Positions 27,140-41,074 of a stretch of 64,000 nt of DNA are shown here, piece by piece. A program made the translations under genes and the position numbers. The DNA is from Eledone cirrhosa (Eukaryota): NCBI GenBank assembly GCA_964016885.1, contig OZ024743.1, positions 188,108,001-188,172,000 of the forward strand, written 5' to 3'. Every line of letters starts with the position of its first letter. The stretch's first letter is position 1. Under the pieces are notes generated by a model. The model was not told the origin of the DNA. It made no database searches and worked only from the letters and a program-made list of their open reading frames with translations.

Positions 27140-28820
27140 AGCGTTCACTCCTCAGTGACGAGTTCCGCACGAGTTCCGCAACCGAACGGAAGTCGAGCGA
27201 TTCGTGCGACGCCAGCCCCAGGGCAATTTAGCACCCTGGATGCATTCGTCGACGCCTGCCGTAGCACAGTAAATCGCTTCGACTTCCGCCACCGGTCCAA
27301 ACGGCATAACATCTCACGGGGCGAACTCCTCGCTCTCCGCTCCCTCCATAGCCGAGATGACATCGTCATCAAACCGGCGGACAAGGGAGGCGTCGTGGTG
27401 GTGTGGCCCACTGACCTCTACACGACCGAAGCCCTCAGGCAGCTCCGTAAACCCATCTTCTACCGCCCCCTACCCTCCGACCCCATACCCCTCTACCAAC
27501 AACAAGTTTCCTCCACTATCCAACACCTTGTCTCCTCCTCCCTCCCACCGCTTCCCACCTCATCGTCCGCAACCCCCGCACCCCTACTATCTACTTCCTC
27601 CCAAACTATCTACTTCCTCCACAAACCCGACAACCACCGCCGCCCCATCGTCTCCGCTTGCAACTGACCGAACTCATCTCCGCCTTTCTTGACTCCATCC
27701 TCGCCCCCTCGTCACCCCCCTCCCCTCCCACATCTCCGACACCAACCACGCCCTTCGTCTATTCGACTCCTTCACTTTCCCACCCGGCCCACAGCCCCTC
27801 CTCTTCACCCTAGATATCAAGTCGCTTTATACTGTCATCCCTCACGCCGACGGCCTACGTGCCCTCACGCACTACCTCAATCCACACCCTCCTTCGCCTC
27901 GCCGAGCTGGTCCTCACTCTCAACTGCTTCTCCTTCTCGGGTGAGTTTTACCAACAGGTCACGTGGGTAGCCTTGTGCACAAGAATGGGCCCAAACTATG
28001 CCAAGCTTTTCGTTGGCGATGTTGAGGCCCAAATCTTTTCCCAGTACACCGGCCCCACGCCCCAATTGTACGGTCGTTACATCGATGACTGTATCGGAGC
28101 CACGACCCTCACCCAAGAACAGCTCGACTCCTTTCTCTCCTTCTTCTGCTCCTTCCACCCCTCCCTCCACTTCACCACCTCTATCTCCACCACCCACGTC
28201 CACTTCTTAGACATCTCCGTCGCCATTGACCCCTCCCACCACTCCCTCGTCACCTCCGCCATCTTCAAACCCACCGAATCCCACTCCTATCTCGACTTCA
28301 CCTCCTCCCACCCTACACACACTAAACACTCTATTCCCTACTCCCAAATCCTCAGGATCCGCCGCCTCTGCCTACCCCCAACCAACGCTTTCCCCGCCCC
28401 GTTCCCTTCCCTGTTCCAGGCCTCGTTGCAACACCTGCCCCCACATCACCAACACCATCACCCTCCAGGGTTCCAACGGCCACTCTCTCTTTGTCTGGCA
28501 CGCCTTCCGCTGCACCTCCTCCAAACTAGTCTATGGACTTCGCTACACGGAGTGCAGCGCAACCTACGTCGGACAGACTGGACGTCGCCTGGCGGACTGT
28601 TCCACCGAACACCTCCGGGATATTCGTCTCGGCGGGAGTTCCCCCATCGCTCGCCACTTTGGCTCTCCTGGACATTCCGCGCACCACCTCAAAGTCTGTG
28701 GCCTACTCCAATGCCACGGAACACCCACCACCCGCCTGAGGGTCAAACAACGCACCATCTTCACCCTACAGACCCACACTCCCCCCGGCCTGAACTCCCC
28801 ACCCCTATTCCTTTAGCCTT
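27140..28820 (+). pseudogene. C-rich Penelope-like element (probably Neptune-type), RT plus GIY-YIG, frameshifted
   Basis: IKPADKGGVVVV, RPIVSACN, DIKSLYTVI, MGPNYA.LF.G, RYIDD, FLDISV, KPTESHSYLDFTSSHP, PCSRPRCNTC and VYGL..C..YVGQTGRRL...EH. Confidence 0.92.
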
Positions 28821-29509
28821 CAACCGCCCTGTCCCCCCTACCCTCCGCCCTCGTCCACACCGCCCTCACTTGCGCCCGTGCTGTCCACCGCTCCACCACC
28901 TTCACCCCACGCCACCGCACACCCACACCCACCCATCCTTTCCCCTTCCCCATCACCTACCACCCTCCACCCTACCTCTATTCCTTTAGCCTTCGACCGC
29001 ACTGTTCCCCCACCCACATATCTCCGACTAACACACTCCTCCTTTTCACCGCCCACCCCCCAACTACCCCCCCAACTAACAATACTAACATCCCCAACCC
29101 TCCCCCTATCATGAACACACCCACCTGTACATATATACACGCACTCACCTATCAACACACCCTACTACCACCACTAACCCTCACCCACACATCCACTCCA
29201 ACCACCCCACAACTAATACCACTAACATCCCACCGACCCCATGCACACGAACACACCCACCCACACCCACTTACACCACCCACTCTACACACCCTACCAC
29301 CAATGACCCCCACTAACACACCTGCATTCAACCCTTTTCTCACCACCAGTACACTAACACCCCCTTCTCCACACACACAGTCATCCAAACACGCACACAC
29401 ACACCAGCACACTACACTCCCTCCACCATCCCCCACACCTTTTCTCTCCCCGCTCCACCCACACCCCTTCACACACACACATACATCCCACTAACACCTC
29501 TACTAATAC

Positions 29510-30000
29510 ACACTCCAACAATACTAACTCCATTAAACATAATAATAGGAAAAGAAAAATAATCTGGTTCACACCCCTTACTCTTTAGCAGTTAAAACTA
29601 ATGTAAGCAGAACATTCCTAGAACACTTAGATAAACATTTCCCCAGAACACATGGATACTATAAGATTTTCAATAGAAACTGTGTCAAAATCAGCTACTC
29701 CTGCGGTCCCTCTATTGAATCTTATATCATTAATAAGAAAACACCCAGAGTATCAAAATTGTTCTTGTAGAGTTAAAAGTGAATGCCCATTACAAGGTAA
29801 ATGAAACACCAAAGCCATTGTATATGAGGCCAAAATTACAACCACCATCAACAACCAACCAGCCATCAGTGAACGATATGTGAGTATGACGCAAGACAAA
29901 TTCAAAACACGTTATTATTCACATGTCGCATCTTTCCGACATCCTGAAAAAAGATTCACAACAGCTTTGGCTAGCAGAATATGGATTTGAAAACTATGTC
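29510..30000 (+). pseudogene. PLE fragment related to 17530-18000
   Basis: RKRKIIWFTP, FNRNCVKISYSC and IVYEAK...YVSMTQDKFKTRYYSH; nucleotide similarity to 17550-17900. Confidence 0.8.
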
Positions 30001-30059
30001 GTCGGCAAATTCAGCATCCGATATCTTTTCTGCCTTAACTCTTCTGCTCTGAGCCTTTG

Positions 30060-30327
30060 CTTCAGTAAAGTCAGCTCAAAAGTGACACAGAGGAGACTGA
30101 GGTTAGCTAGACATGCCCACCGACATCCAGAGTTGACATTGCACTCAGGGCTCCTGTGGGAGCCCCTACATGGATACACAGGAAGAGGAAGACCAAGGTT
30201 AATGTATGTTGATGCCCTAAGGACAGACACTGGTCTATTGGAGACGCAGGACATGGCAGCGATAATGAGGGACAGAGACTGCTGGAGAGAACTCTTCCAT
30301 GGATCTCGAGAATTTTACCCGCCCTAG
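30060..30327 (+). mobile_element. LINE (RTE-like) 3' coding end
   Basis: RRLRLARH..RHPE...LWEPLHG..GRGRP..DRDCWR, a typical C-terminus of RTE-clade ORFs. Confidence 0.75.
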
Positions 30328-30349
30328 AATATATATATATATATATATA

Positions 30350-30940
30350 TAAAACATGAGAAGAAAGAAGAATACTGCGTGGTTACAAATGGGTTACATA
30401 TGATAAAAATAGTCCTTCGTCAGTGATTTTCCAACCATCATTGGTATTTCATCGCATTAAAATTCAGATACCTCAGGTTGGTGCGAGCAATAACTAAAAA
30501 AGTTATTGGGACCAGTAATTCGCGTAAAGCGAGGGGGACAAGTAAACAACATAGAAGGATAAAAGCAAACCGAAGATAGGAAAATAAACAAGTAACATGG
30601 TTGTCCGGTCAGCATAAGCTGTGTGGATTTCAAGAGGGAGAGAGGTACAGACCGTCCGATGTGTGTGAGATGTAAGCAAGAAGAGACCCACTACAAGCCA
30701 AACGGGAGGAAGTGAGAAGGGGAGAAACAGTGTGAGGAAGATGTCAGTCGAGAGAAAGTGTAACTGACAGAGGAGGCGAAAGAAGGTGAGAGAAACAGAG
30801 AGAGCGGGGAAGCAGTAAGAGAGAAACAGACAAACGCAGCCGAGATAAATATATATAAAAAACATGAGAAGAAAGAAAAATACTGCGTGGTTGCAAATCG
30901 GTTACATATGATAAAAATAGTCCTTCGTCAGTGATTTTCC
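30350..30940 (-). mobile_element. element with ~90-bp direct terminal repeats between (TA)n tracts (probable PLE terminus)
   Basis: 30351-30432 is repeated at 30859-30940, with a purine-rich spacer. Confidence 0.5.
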
Positions 30941-30941
30941 T

Positions 30942-31008
<67 letters not shown>

Positions 31009-31014
31009 AATATA

Positions 31015-31242
31015 TGGTGTGGTTGTAGATGTCTTCAAGAAGCATCTCGACACCTTGCTATCCAGGATCCCGGATGAGCCCACAGCAAGGCATGAGGGAA
31101 ACCTAAGGGCAGCAGCAACGAACATCCTCTTGCACCAGTGGCCAACCAATACAGGCTGGAGTTAAAATGTGTAGCAACAAGGCCGGTGCCCAAGCATGGC
31201 CTAAGCCGGATGGCTGGAACAGGTAAAAGAGTAAAAGAGTAA
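31015..31242 (+). mobile_element. CR1/L2-like LINE 3' end
   Basis: VDVFKKHLDTLLSRIPDEP followed by a 3' UTR and a (GTAAAAGA)n tail. Confidence 0.6.
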
Positions 31243-31470
31243 TATATATATATACACACATAACGAAGGAGGTGTGGTAAGGAACCAAATGGACCATAAT
31301 GAACCTTATTCCAGAAATAGTCGTCAAAACAACTTGAGCTCTGCCGTTGGAGTGAAACATTTTCATATATATATACTCATATATATATATAGTAATAATA
31401 ATAAATGTTAATATCGTATATTTCTATATACGATATTAACAAATGGAAACTATATTTATAAAACCATATT

Positions 31471-31535
31471 TATTTCATTATACATATTTCAAGGATAGCA
31501 AGTTAAATTATGGTATGCCTTCATCAGACAAAATA
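31471..31535 (-). ncRNA. type I hammerhead ribozyme motif
   Basis: tattttgt-CUGAUGA-agg..cct(t)-GAAA-tatgta-UA-atgaaata; lies within a nested inverted-repeat element at 31405-31900. Confidence 0.55.
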
Positions 31536-31893
31536 TAATATATACCAGTTTTATAAATAAACATTGACGTACCCTTTCAAAATGCGACCGTTACTTTTGG
31601 AAGACATCAGAATAGTGGTTTGTTTATATTAGTAAATCTCTCCCTTTCTTTTCTCCACGTTTCTCACTCCGTCTTTTTACTTATCCTTAACACTAAGATT
31701 TACTAATATAAACAAACCACTATCCTGATGTCTTCCAAAAGTAACGGTCACATTTTGAAAGGGTACGTCAATGTTTTATAAATATAGTTTCCATTTGTTA
31801 ATATCGTATATCTACTCCAAATACTTGTCGAGGGCTTTATATCAGTTATAAAAATATTTACTTGTTGTATCCCAACAATTTAAATAGAACTTT

Positions 31894-31950
<57 letters not shown>

Positions 31951-31958
<8 letters not shown>

Positions 31959-32264
31959 AGATCAAAAGATGGTTAAAGGAGTTCCATGTATTTTATTATG
32001 CGCATTTCAAAATATGTTGATTAAAAACTGCACTATCCACAAGTGTTTTTTAGCCTTCATATCATGTTCTCCTGTTTTATCTGATGAAAACACAAATATT
32101 ATTGCATGATGATGTTTGTTTTTGAAATGCGCATAATAAAATACATGGAACTCCTTTAACCATCTTTTGATCTTATATTATGTATACTCCAGTCCTACAA
32201 ACTGTAGAGTGCTTCTTATCCGATATCTGCATTGCTTTATTGTACTACAATAAAACTCACCTCC

Positions 32265-32268
<4 letters not shown>
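31951..32268 (+). mobile_element. solo PLE family B terminal repeat with inverted 5' fragment, in (TA)n
   Basis: 31951-32012 is the reverse complement of ~32120-32180; the body matches 22425-22590. Confidence 0.85.
32073..32143 (+). ncRNA. type I hammerhead ribozyme (family B)
   Basis: Third copy of the 22483-22553 motif. Confidence 0.8.
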
Positions 32269-32303
<35 letters not shown>

Positions 32304-32682
32304 TCGTTTTTATGTCCACTTTTCCATGCTTGCACGGGTTTAAAAGGCCCTTCTCAGCACGGCATCCCTCCACTTGTCACGTTACTTTGTTGTCTCTTCT
32401 GCCAGTCTTAGTGATTTTAGGTCAGCTCTCACCACATCTGCCCAGGTCGTTCTTGGCCGTCCTTTACTGCAGTTTTCTTCCATTGGGGCTTTCTAGCATT
32501 TCTTCACCCATTGGTCATTGTTCAAGCGCATCACATGTCCATAGCAATGCAGTCATCTCTCCTGCATACCACCTTGGATTTCTCTTAAACCCAGCTTCTC
32601 GCTCAGCTCATCCAAGCTCTACCTTGTTTGCTTCATTTCTCTCCAGTCACACATTTACTCTGCAGTTGCAGCCAGTGATTCA

Positions 32683-32753
<71 letters not shown>

Positions 32754-32759
32754 ATATAT

Positions 32760-32878
32760 AATTGTTTCTACTTTTGGCACAAGGCCAGCAATTATCCCAG
32801 TACATTACTGGTACTTTATTTTATCGAACCCGTAAGGCTGAAAAGCAAAGTTAACCTCGGCGGGATTTGAACACAGAG
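32760..32878 (-). mobile_element. 5'-truncated tRNA-derived SINE
   Basis: Matches 19385-19500. Confidence 0.8.
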
Positions 32879-33070
32879 CTCCTTCATTATATATATATAA
32901 TGAAGGAGGTGTGGTACCTGAACCAGATGGACCATAATGCACCAGAGTACTCAATACTTAGGGTAGTAAAGTGGGTAATAGGAAAAAGTTTAACCCCGAT
33001 GGCAGAGCTCCGCAGGGAGCTCTGCCGTCAGGGTTAAACCTTTTCCTATGTATATATATATATCAATATA

Positions 33071-33137
<67 letters not shown>

Positions 33138-33139
<2 letters not shown>

Positions 33140-34845
33140 CGGGTTTGTGTCAGGTAAAAGTACAACAGATGCTCTTTTCATTGTACAACAACTACAGGAG
33201 AAGTACCTAGCTAAAAGTAAACCCCTATACTTAGCTTTTGTTGACTTGGAGAAAGCCTTTGACAGAGTACCCCGCTCAATTATCTGGTGGGCCCTTAGAA
33301 AACTAGGTGTTGATGAATGGCTCGTGAGAGCTATACAAGCCATGTATAAAGAAACAGTCAGCAAGGTTAGAATTAACAACGAATATAGTGAAGAGTTTAG
33401 CGTAAAAGTTGGTGTTCATCAGGGCTCCGTCCTTAGCCCCCTACTATTTATTATTGCCCTTCAGGCTATAACAGAGGAGTTCAAGACCGGCTGCCCATGG
33501 GAACTCCTATATGCAGATGATCTAACGCTCATAGCTGAATCAATAGCTGAACTAGAGAAGAAATTCCAAACATGGAAGCATGGCCTAGAATCAAAAGGCC
33601 TTAAAGTTAACTTGTCTAAGACTAAAGTTCTAGTTTTTAGAAAGGAAAATAGGGCACCGGTCCCATCTGGGAAATGGCCATGCTTAGTGTGTAGGAAAGG
33701 AGTAGGTAGAAACTCCATTTTATGTCCCAAATGCAAAGTATGGGTACATAAAAGATGTAGTGGGATCACAGGTAATCTAACTAAGAATATAGATTTTACA
33801 TGTGGCCGGTGCTCTGGTGCAATAAGTAGCAGCAAGAGCCCACAGAATACTAACTCATTCCATTGCTCAGATGGTTCTATAGAAATAGTGGACAGCTTCC
33901 GTTACTTGGGTGATAAAATCAGCAGTGGGGGAGGGTGCTAGAGTCAGAACAGGATGGAAAAAGTTCAGAGAGCTTATACCACTATTGGCCGCTAAAGGGT
34001 TCTCTCTAAAAATGAAAGGCAGGTTGTATGATGCCTGCATACGAACAGCAATGTTACATGGCAGTGAGACCTGGGCATTGTGTGCAGAGGATATACGCAG
34101 ACTGGAGAGAAATGAAGCTTGCATGCTCCGCTGGATGTGTAATAGTAATATACGTGAACGGCAAAGCATAAACGTACTAAGGGAGAAATTAGAAATAAGA
34201 GGGTTCAGATGTTGTTTACTCGAGAGAAGACTACGTTGGTATGGTCACGTGATGTGCATGAAAGACGACAGCTGTATAAAAAAGTGCAGGGCAATTAAAA
34301 TAGACGGTAGCCACGGAGTAGGCAGACCCAGAAAAACCTGGGACAACTTGATAAATTCTGACCTCACACACTTACCCCTCTCCAAGACAATGTCACTCGA
34401 CTGAGAGCTTTGGCACTACACAGTAATAGAGAAGACCCGCCTTACCTAAATACAAAGTGAAACCTACTACAGTCAGTAGGCACCTCTAACAAAATACACC
34501 CTGTCCCACAACCCCCACCCATCCACACCACCCCTTTCAATGTAAAGTTATGTTGATACCACAACATCCAGCCCGAAACAAAGGAGGTCGTGTAAGTGTC
34601 ACGACAAAAATAACACACAGTCCACGCTGTAATGTAGCCGTGTAGGTAACACGGTAAAAACCTCCCAGTTCCACACTGTAAATGTGGTTGGTGTTAGGAA
34701 GGGCATCCAGCCGTAGAAAACCCGCCAGACAGTCCTATGCGAGCAAGACAACCACTCTTGCCTCAAGTGGGAAAACTCCCATCCAGACCCATGCAAGCGT
34801 GGAATATGGACGTTAAATGTTGATGATGATGATGATGATGATGAT
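33138..34845 (+). mobile_element. 5'-truncated RTE-clade LINE with PHD-type finger in the RT, 3' UTR and (GAT)n tail
   Basis: FGF..GKSTTDA, FVDLEKAFDRV, GVHQGSVLSP, LLYADD, FRYLG, GSETW and RRLRWYGHV..GRPRKTW; frameshift at ~33935 and premature TGA at 34402. Confidence 0.95.
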
Positions 34846-34903
34846 TTAGAGAGAGAGAGAGACAAACAGACAGAAATAGTGTGAGAGTGTGAGAGAGAGA
34901 GAT

Positions 34904-34952
<49 letters not shown>

Positions 34953-35979
34953 GAGAGAGAGAGAGAGTTGTTTGAACAAGTTAAATACTTATGTAAGTTT
35001 TACTTTTCCTGCAGTGTGTATCCATTTTTTGACAGACTGTATTAAATGAAATAAATTTCCTGATATATGATGTTGTCTGCATAAATATTAAATAAATTCA
35101 ATGTAGTTATAATTACAACTTTTTAATTAGAAACCTCAGTGTGAATAGAAAGATGTGTAAACACATTTTCCACTCCTCCCTCTCAGAAAAACATAGAATA
35201 TCTTTCTACCTTTCAGTGATTATTATCTTCACATCAGAAGATAATTACTTCCATGATTCTGTATACAGAGAAACGTTTATATCATTGCTATTTATGTCAA
35301 GCAGGATACAGAACATATCATTTAAGTTATATCTAGAATTGGAAATATTCAAATATATGCTGTGGACTGCATAAATAAGTATTATTTAATTAATTGCAAA
35401 GCCAAATGAATGTACGTCATGCTGACTATTTAAGTTACATTCTATGTCCTGCTTTATATAAATAGCAATGGTATGAATGTCCCTCTATGTACAGAATCAT
35501 GTGGGAAGTTATCTTCTGATGAAATAACTGCAATTTCTGAAATACATGTTTTCCTGCTTACAAAGGGAATTATAGAAAGTGTATTTACACTTACTTCTTT
35601 TCACAGCTAGGGGGTCTATTTCCAAAATTGTAGTTATGTTTAAATTAAATTCATATTTTAAAATTTCAGTCCTCCCACCACCGAGATAATTCATAAGGTT
35701 TCTTTACTTCCAGTTATGTTATAGCCCGATGCTGCTAAGTAAAGGACCTTAAGAATAGATGAAGAAAGATATCAGTTAACCTTTTAGCATAAATATGACG
35801 CACAAACATAATATTCAAGAGTTCATTCCTCCATAGGTAACTTAGTCCACTTTTCCATCTCTGTGAGTATTTTGCCCAATTCTCTCAGCTTTTATTTATA
35901 CCAGTTGACTGTTGTTATTACAGTTATTTTCTGTATTCAGGATTCTCACATTTTCCTATATATACATCTCTCTCTCTCT

Positions 35980-36500
35980 CATCATCATCTTGATCATCAC
36001 TGTTTAATGTCCATTTTTCCACACTAGCATGGGTTAGATGAGTTGTCTGGTTGCAAGAAATCCAGATCAGGTGACCATGTCTTGCTCATACAGAACTGAT
36101 TTTGGCTTGGTTTCTACAGCTGGATGTCCTACTTAACACCAACCACATTTACAGTGAGTACTGGGTGCTTTTTGTTGTGACACCTACACGACCACTTTAA
36201 AGTGTGAACTGGGCACTTTTTGTTGTGTTGCCATCATGACAACTTTACAGTGTGGGCTGGAGGCTTCACTAGATGTATACTTCAGCCTGTCCTCATGGGA
36301 GATGTATGGAAGAGTGGAGTGCGGTGAAGGTGGGGGTTGGTGCACACTATATATATGCTTCAGTTTCAGCCTATGCCAATGTGAAGGTAGGTCTTCTGTG
36401 TTACTGCATAATGCTCAGTCCTGTGTCATCGTCTTTGAAATGCAATTAAGCAAGGTCAGCTTTTATCACCTCGTCCCAAGTCTTCCTGGGTCTTCCGACT
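35980..36500 (-). mobile_element. RTE LINE 3'-end fragment
   Basis: Homologous to 48730-49200. Confidence 0.75.
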
Positions 36501-39500
36501 TTCAGTTGTTTCAGCTGTGTTTACAGCCTTTTCAAAAAGATTTTCATTACAGTCTTTCAAAAAATGTTTTCCGTTTATGTTTATCTCATGTGGTTGGTCA
36601 CTCGACATTCCTCTATATGTTGGCTTAGAGGAATCTTTCTAGTATGTGGGTCCCTAATTTGTTGACAGTGAACTGTCATTTGTCTTCGAAGTGAAGTGCT
36701 TTATTGTCCAATATAATGTTCGCGGCAGCCTTTACACATTATAATGTATATTAGATTCTCCAAGTTGCAAGAGATGTCATTTTTAATTTTAAAGATGAGA
36801 CTATTTTTTAATGTTGCATACTTTTCAGTGAGGCTGATTGCACCTTTTTACTTCAAGTTCTTTAGAAACGGTTTGCAGTTTTGCATTTATTAGTATCTTT
36901 TTTAATAATTTGTGAATCCTCTAATCGTTGTAGTTATATGCTCAGATAATTAAATTAATTTTCAACTTGAATTCAAGCATCCATTTTGTCATTTATGGTA
37001 TTATTATTGAAACCAATAATAGGAAAGTCATCACTAAAAATTAAGTCTTAGTCTTTCATTATCAGCTTGTTTTCTTATATGAAAAATCGTTACTCAGTCT
37101 CTCAAATTAACTGATAATTAAATTTGCAGCATTGCAAATTTATATGTGTAAATTATAATATATTAAGTACATTAATTTATTTAATCATTATTGTTGATTG
37201 GTCATTAATCTGAATAGATTCAAATGACTAAATAAGTTAGAAAGGTCATATGATTGAATTTATTGAATATAATAATCAGGTTTTGGAAATGAATGAATAA
37301 TATTCATCAAAGCAGTCCTTGGCCTGTTCTGATCACATGATAATCCTAGGATTATGCAGTAATAAAATAAGATAACACATGGAATAAATATGATTCTTTG
37401 ACTTTCTCTCATTATATATACAAGCACAGATACATAGATATACTTTGGATACTTTCGTTTTTACTATTTTATTCGGTTGACCTTAGCTTTTTGAGAGAAA
37501 TAGAAGTTCAATGGAAGACATGTTCTTGGGTGATGTACTAAATTTGTTGTCTGGTTTAACACCACTACCGCCTCCTCTGCAATCTGTCTATTGGATGACT
37601 TTAGTAATGTTTACTATTTTACTATCATTTGGGTCAAATCTGAGGTGTGTGGATAACTGCCTCACTTCTTCCCAGGATTCTTGGAGAACCTACAAAACCT
37701 TTTCTCTTGACTAAATCATGGAATATGAAAACAAAGTTCAGGCTTATTAGTTGCTATTTTATTTTGCTTCATTATGACATGACTGCCTTTGCTTTAGACA
37801 AATCTGTTTCTATTGTAAAATATTCTGCATTTTGTATTTATTTTATCTAGGTTGATCTCATTCATTGGATTTTGTTGGTACTTTTGTTGCTGTTGCATGA
37901 TCCCAAGTACTTGTGCTGCTCAGCCTCAGGTAATCCCATGTTGAATAAATATGTAATTAATAGCATTCCAACTATAGCCATCCTATTCTCACAATATTGT
38001 GTATTTAGAACTAAATTATTCAGTATATCACTCTCATTCCAAGACAGCAAAGTACAATTTGAGAAAGATTTGGTCACTATTTCTCACATTGAGCAACTAC
38101 ATATAGATTCCTTCATTAGCTTATTTGATAATAGAATGTGATTTGTAGAGGATTCAACTCATTTGTAGCAAAATGAAGGACCATGCAGAAGATCACTCAA
38201 TGCCATATATTTCTTGTTTTTGATTTTATTGTCAGCTTTCACATTATATATTTATTGAAATATGTATACTAAAAATCCGTGTTTCTTAATATTTTTTCTG
38301 TAGTTTCTCTCTTTACCAATTTATCACTTAAATTTGCCCCGTATACAGTAAGGATAAAGTAGTCGTGTATTCAGGACAATCTATTGCATGGCCTTAACAA
38401 CCTTATATTAATTTAACTTTAGCATACTTAAAATCAATATTAAGGAAAATGTATTGAGCCAAAACAATATAAATAATAATTTAGAAAATTTTAACAGAAT
38501 AATTTTTCTACTGTAATCTTGAAACTTTCCCCTGGAAAGGTTTCACCTCAGAAGAAATTTCCCCTGGGTTTAGAATTGTGGTTCAATTTATTAGTGAATT
38601 CATGTCACCAAAAGTGACAGTTATTTCATTTCATATTATTTAGAATCAATTTCAATTTAGGGATTCATGATAAATTTCCTTATACATATAGTTACAAATG
38701 TTTTGAATTTTCTTTGATTTTCTTTTAACGTTAGTCTGTTTAATCTGCCAATGCCAATATTACTATTTTTTTTATATCACACAGATAATTCTTTAGTCTA
38801 AGTTTTATATTATTATATGATTTTTTTCAAAGTATTATCTATTGATTTTTCTATGAAATTATATTCTCTTCTCTTATGATAGAAGTTGATCCACAAACAG
38901 ATGTAATATTATATTATATACAATTCTGAATTAAAACATAAATAAATCTAAGAGGACCTTTATATATTTTGTAAGATGTGCCTGCATGTAGTGGTGTCCC
39001 AGCATGGTCTCAGCCCCTTGGCCAGAATGCAAATAAATATATTAATTAATTAATTAAAGCTGTTAGCCATAATTCACAGATAAAATTTAATACACTTTAA
39101 GTAAATGATTAGTATCCATACTTTATAAAGAAAGTAATTATATGTTTAAATTTTAAATTTCAAAATCTGATAGATTGTTTAACACCAATCAAAAAATTAC
39201 AACTCATTGAAATTAAAGTGTAAATGATATAGATAACACTAATTATACCAACAACAAAGATATTCATATTATCTGGTGCAAGTATTAAAAGGCAGCCTGG
39301 TGTAACTTAAGTTGTACCCAAATGACATGTTGAACTTATTAATGCAAACTAAGAACATAGTTATTCATGTTACCATGCTGACATTATTTTATTGCTGTGT
39401 GTATCCTGGTTTTTAGAATATGTACACCATATCATTGCATGTTGTAAAAGAGAACTGATAGGGATGGAATCAGGAATGGAATCTGATTGTAAAATATTAC

Positions 39501-41074
39501 CTCAAAACATACCTTCCAGCCCATGCCAGCATGGAAAATTGGATGTAAACACAATGATGATGATGATGATAGATTAATAAGAAAGTATATGCTACTGCTG
39601 AGAGTGATACTGTGACCTTACAGTACCTACAATGATAGTGTGACCTACATCATTTGTAGCTTGCTAAGCTGGGTAATTTTAGAGATAGATATCTCTGTCA
39701 CAGCCCATCATTTTTACAAATACCAAAGCCACATTATATAAAATAGTTCTAGATAACCTTGGAAATTCACTAGCTTTCGGAAATGGCCTTGATGTCTGAG
39801 AGGAGGTTTACAATCTGTTCAATAGATGTGTCATGGGTGGAATGCCTTTCACCATGCAACTCAATGAAGATTGGATTAAGATGAAACACCAACAACAATA
39901 ATAAAAATGCCTAGATTGCACTATTAAAGCTTTTCAATTTCACAACATTTTAAGATCTCCGATCGTTCCTAATCATATTTTGTGCAACAAGTTTCTAATT
40001 TTTTACACTCACTTCGATACAGTATTGTACATCTATTTAGTGCTTCTCTCATCCCTACTTCAGCAAGTACTGTGAATGTTATAATTTGTTAAGTAGGAGG
40101 TCATAATAAGACAGAAATATGACCCCAGTTGCCACCTGTACTTGCCTAAAAGATTAACATAATATTAGTAATTGAGTTAATGTTGCTTTTTCTTTGCCAT
40201 TTAAATTTCGTTTTTCATTCTCACTGCATTAAATATAATAATTCTAACTTAATTATTATTTTTCAGAAGGAGAGCATCTAAGTGATTAACCTCAGTGAAG
40301 TTTTTTAAATAGGTCTCCTTTGAAAAGTATTGATCTTTTTTGCAAATACCCATGAGGCTACTAGATATAAAACAGGTGTGAAGTAGAATTGCGTGATATT
40401 CATATATTTACAAAAGATTAAAAACAAAATCAACATCAAGAAGGACATGAGGGAAGTGAAAAGTTCATAATTGAAATTTGAAACTGCTAGAAGCCTACAA
40501 ATAAGTTCTATGGTGATCAATATACAACTATTTTTTATCAATTACTTTTGTTTGTTTTGTTTTTTAAAAATGTGTTAAGTTACTAGTGAATGAACTGGCT
40601 CTTTTAAGTTGTTGGTATATATTTCATTGACACATCTCACCTCAAGTGGTGAAAAGCAAGATTAGTCTAGACTAGACATGAACTGACAATTTTGACTTAC
40701 CAAACATGATACATTTAGTCAGTTATCTTAATTAACCAGTTTTACTACACAACAGATTCAAAATATGTTTAAGATTTACTATGTTAAAAAATACTTTATT
40801 TTTGTATTTGCTAAAGGCCTGTATTTTTCATCATTTATATTACCAAATTACAGGAATATTTTGAAACAAGGTTTTACAGCCAAGTGCCTTTCGTCTTTGA
40901 GTTGCTTTTTATGACATACAAGAATATGATATACCTATTCTAAAAACCAAGTTACACACAAAAATTAAAGCAAATGTTCTCATCTCTCTACCTTGCATTA
41001 AATGTTTTTTTTGTTATGTTTTATATGTTTGGCTTCCTTAATTTGAAATATCTTTCTAAATTAATGAACATTTA

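Noticed and set aside
30415-30485. Hammerhead on the minus strand (CTGAGGT..GAAA, or CTGACGA)
   Set aside because: The core deviates from consensus and no valid NUH triplet is in register.
37500-38140. Possible host exons
   Set aside because: The QHKYLGS motif and context fit an ancient LINE remnant, and splice signals are poor.
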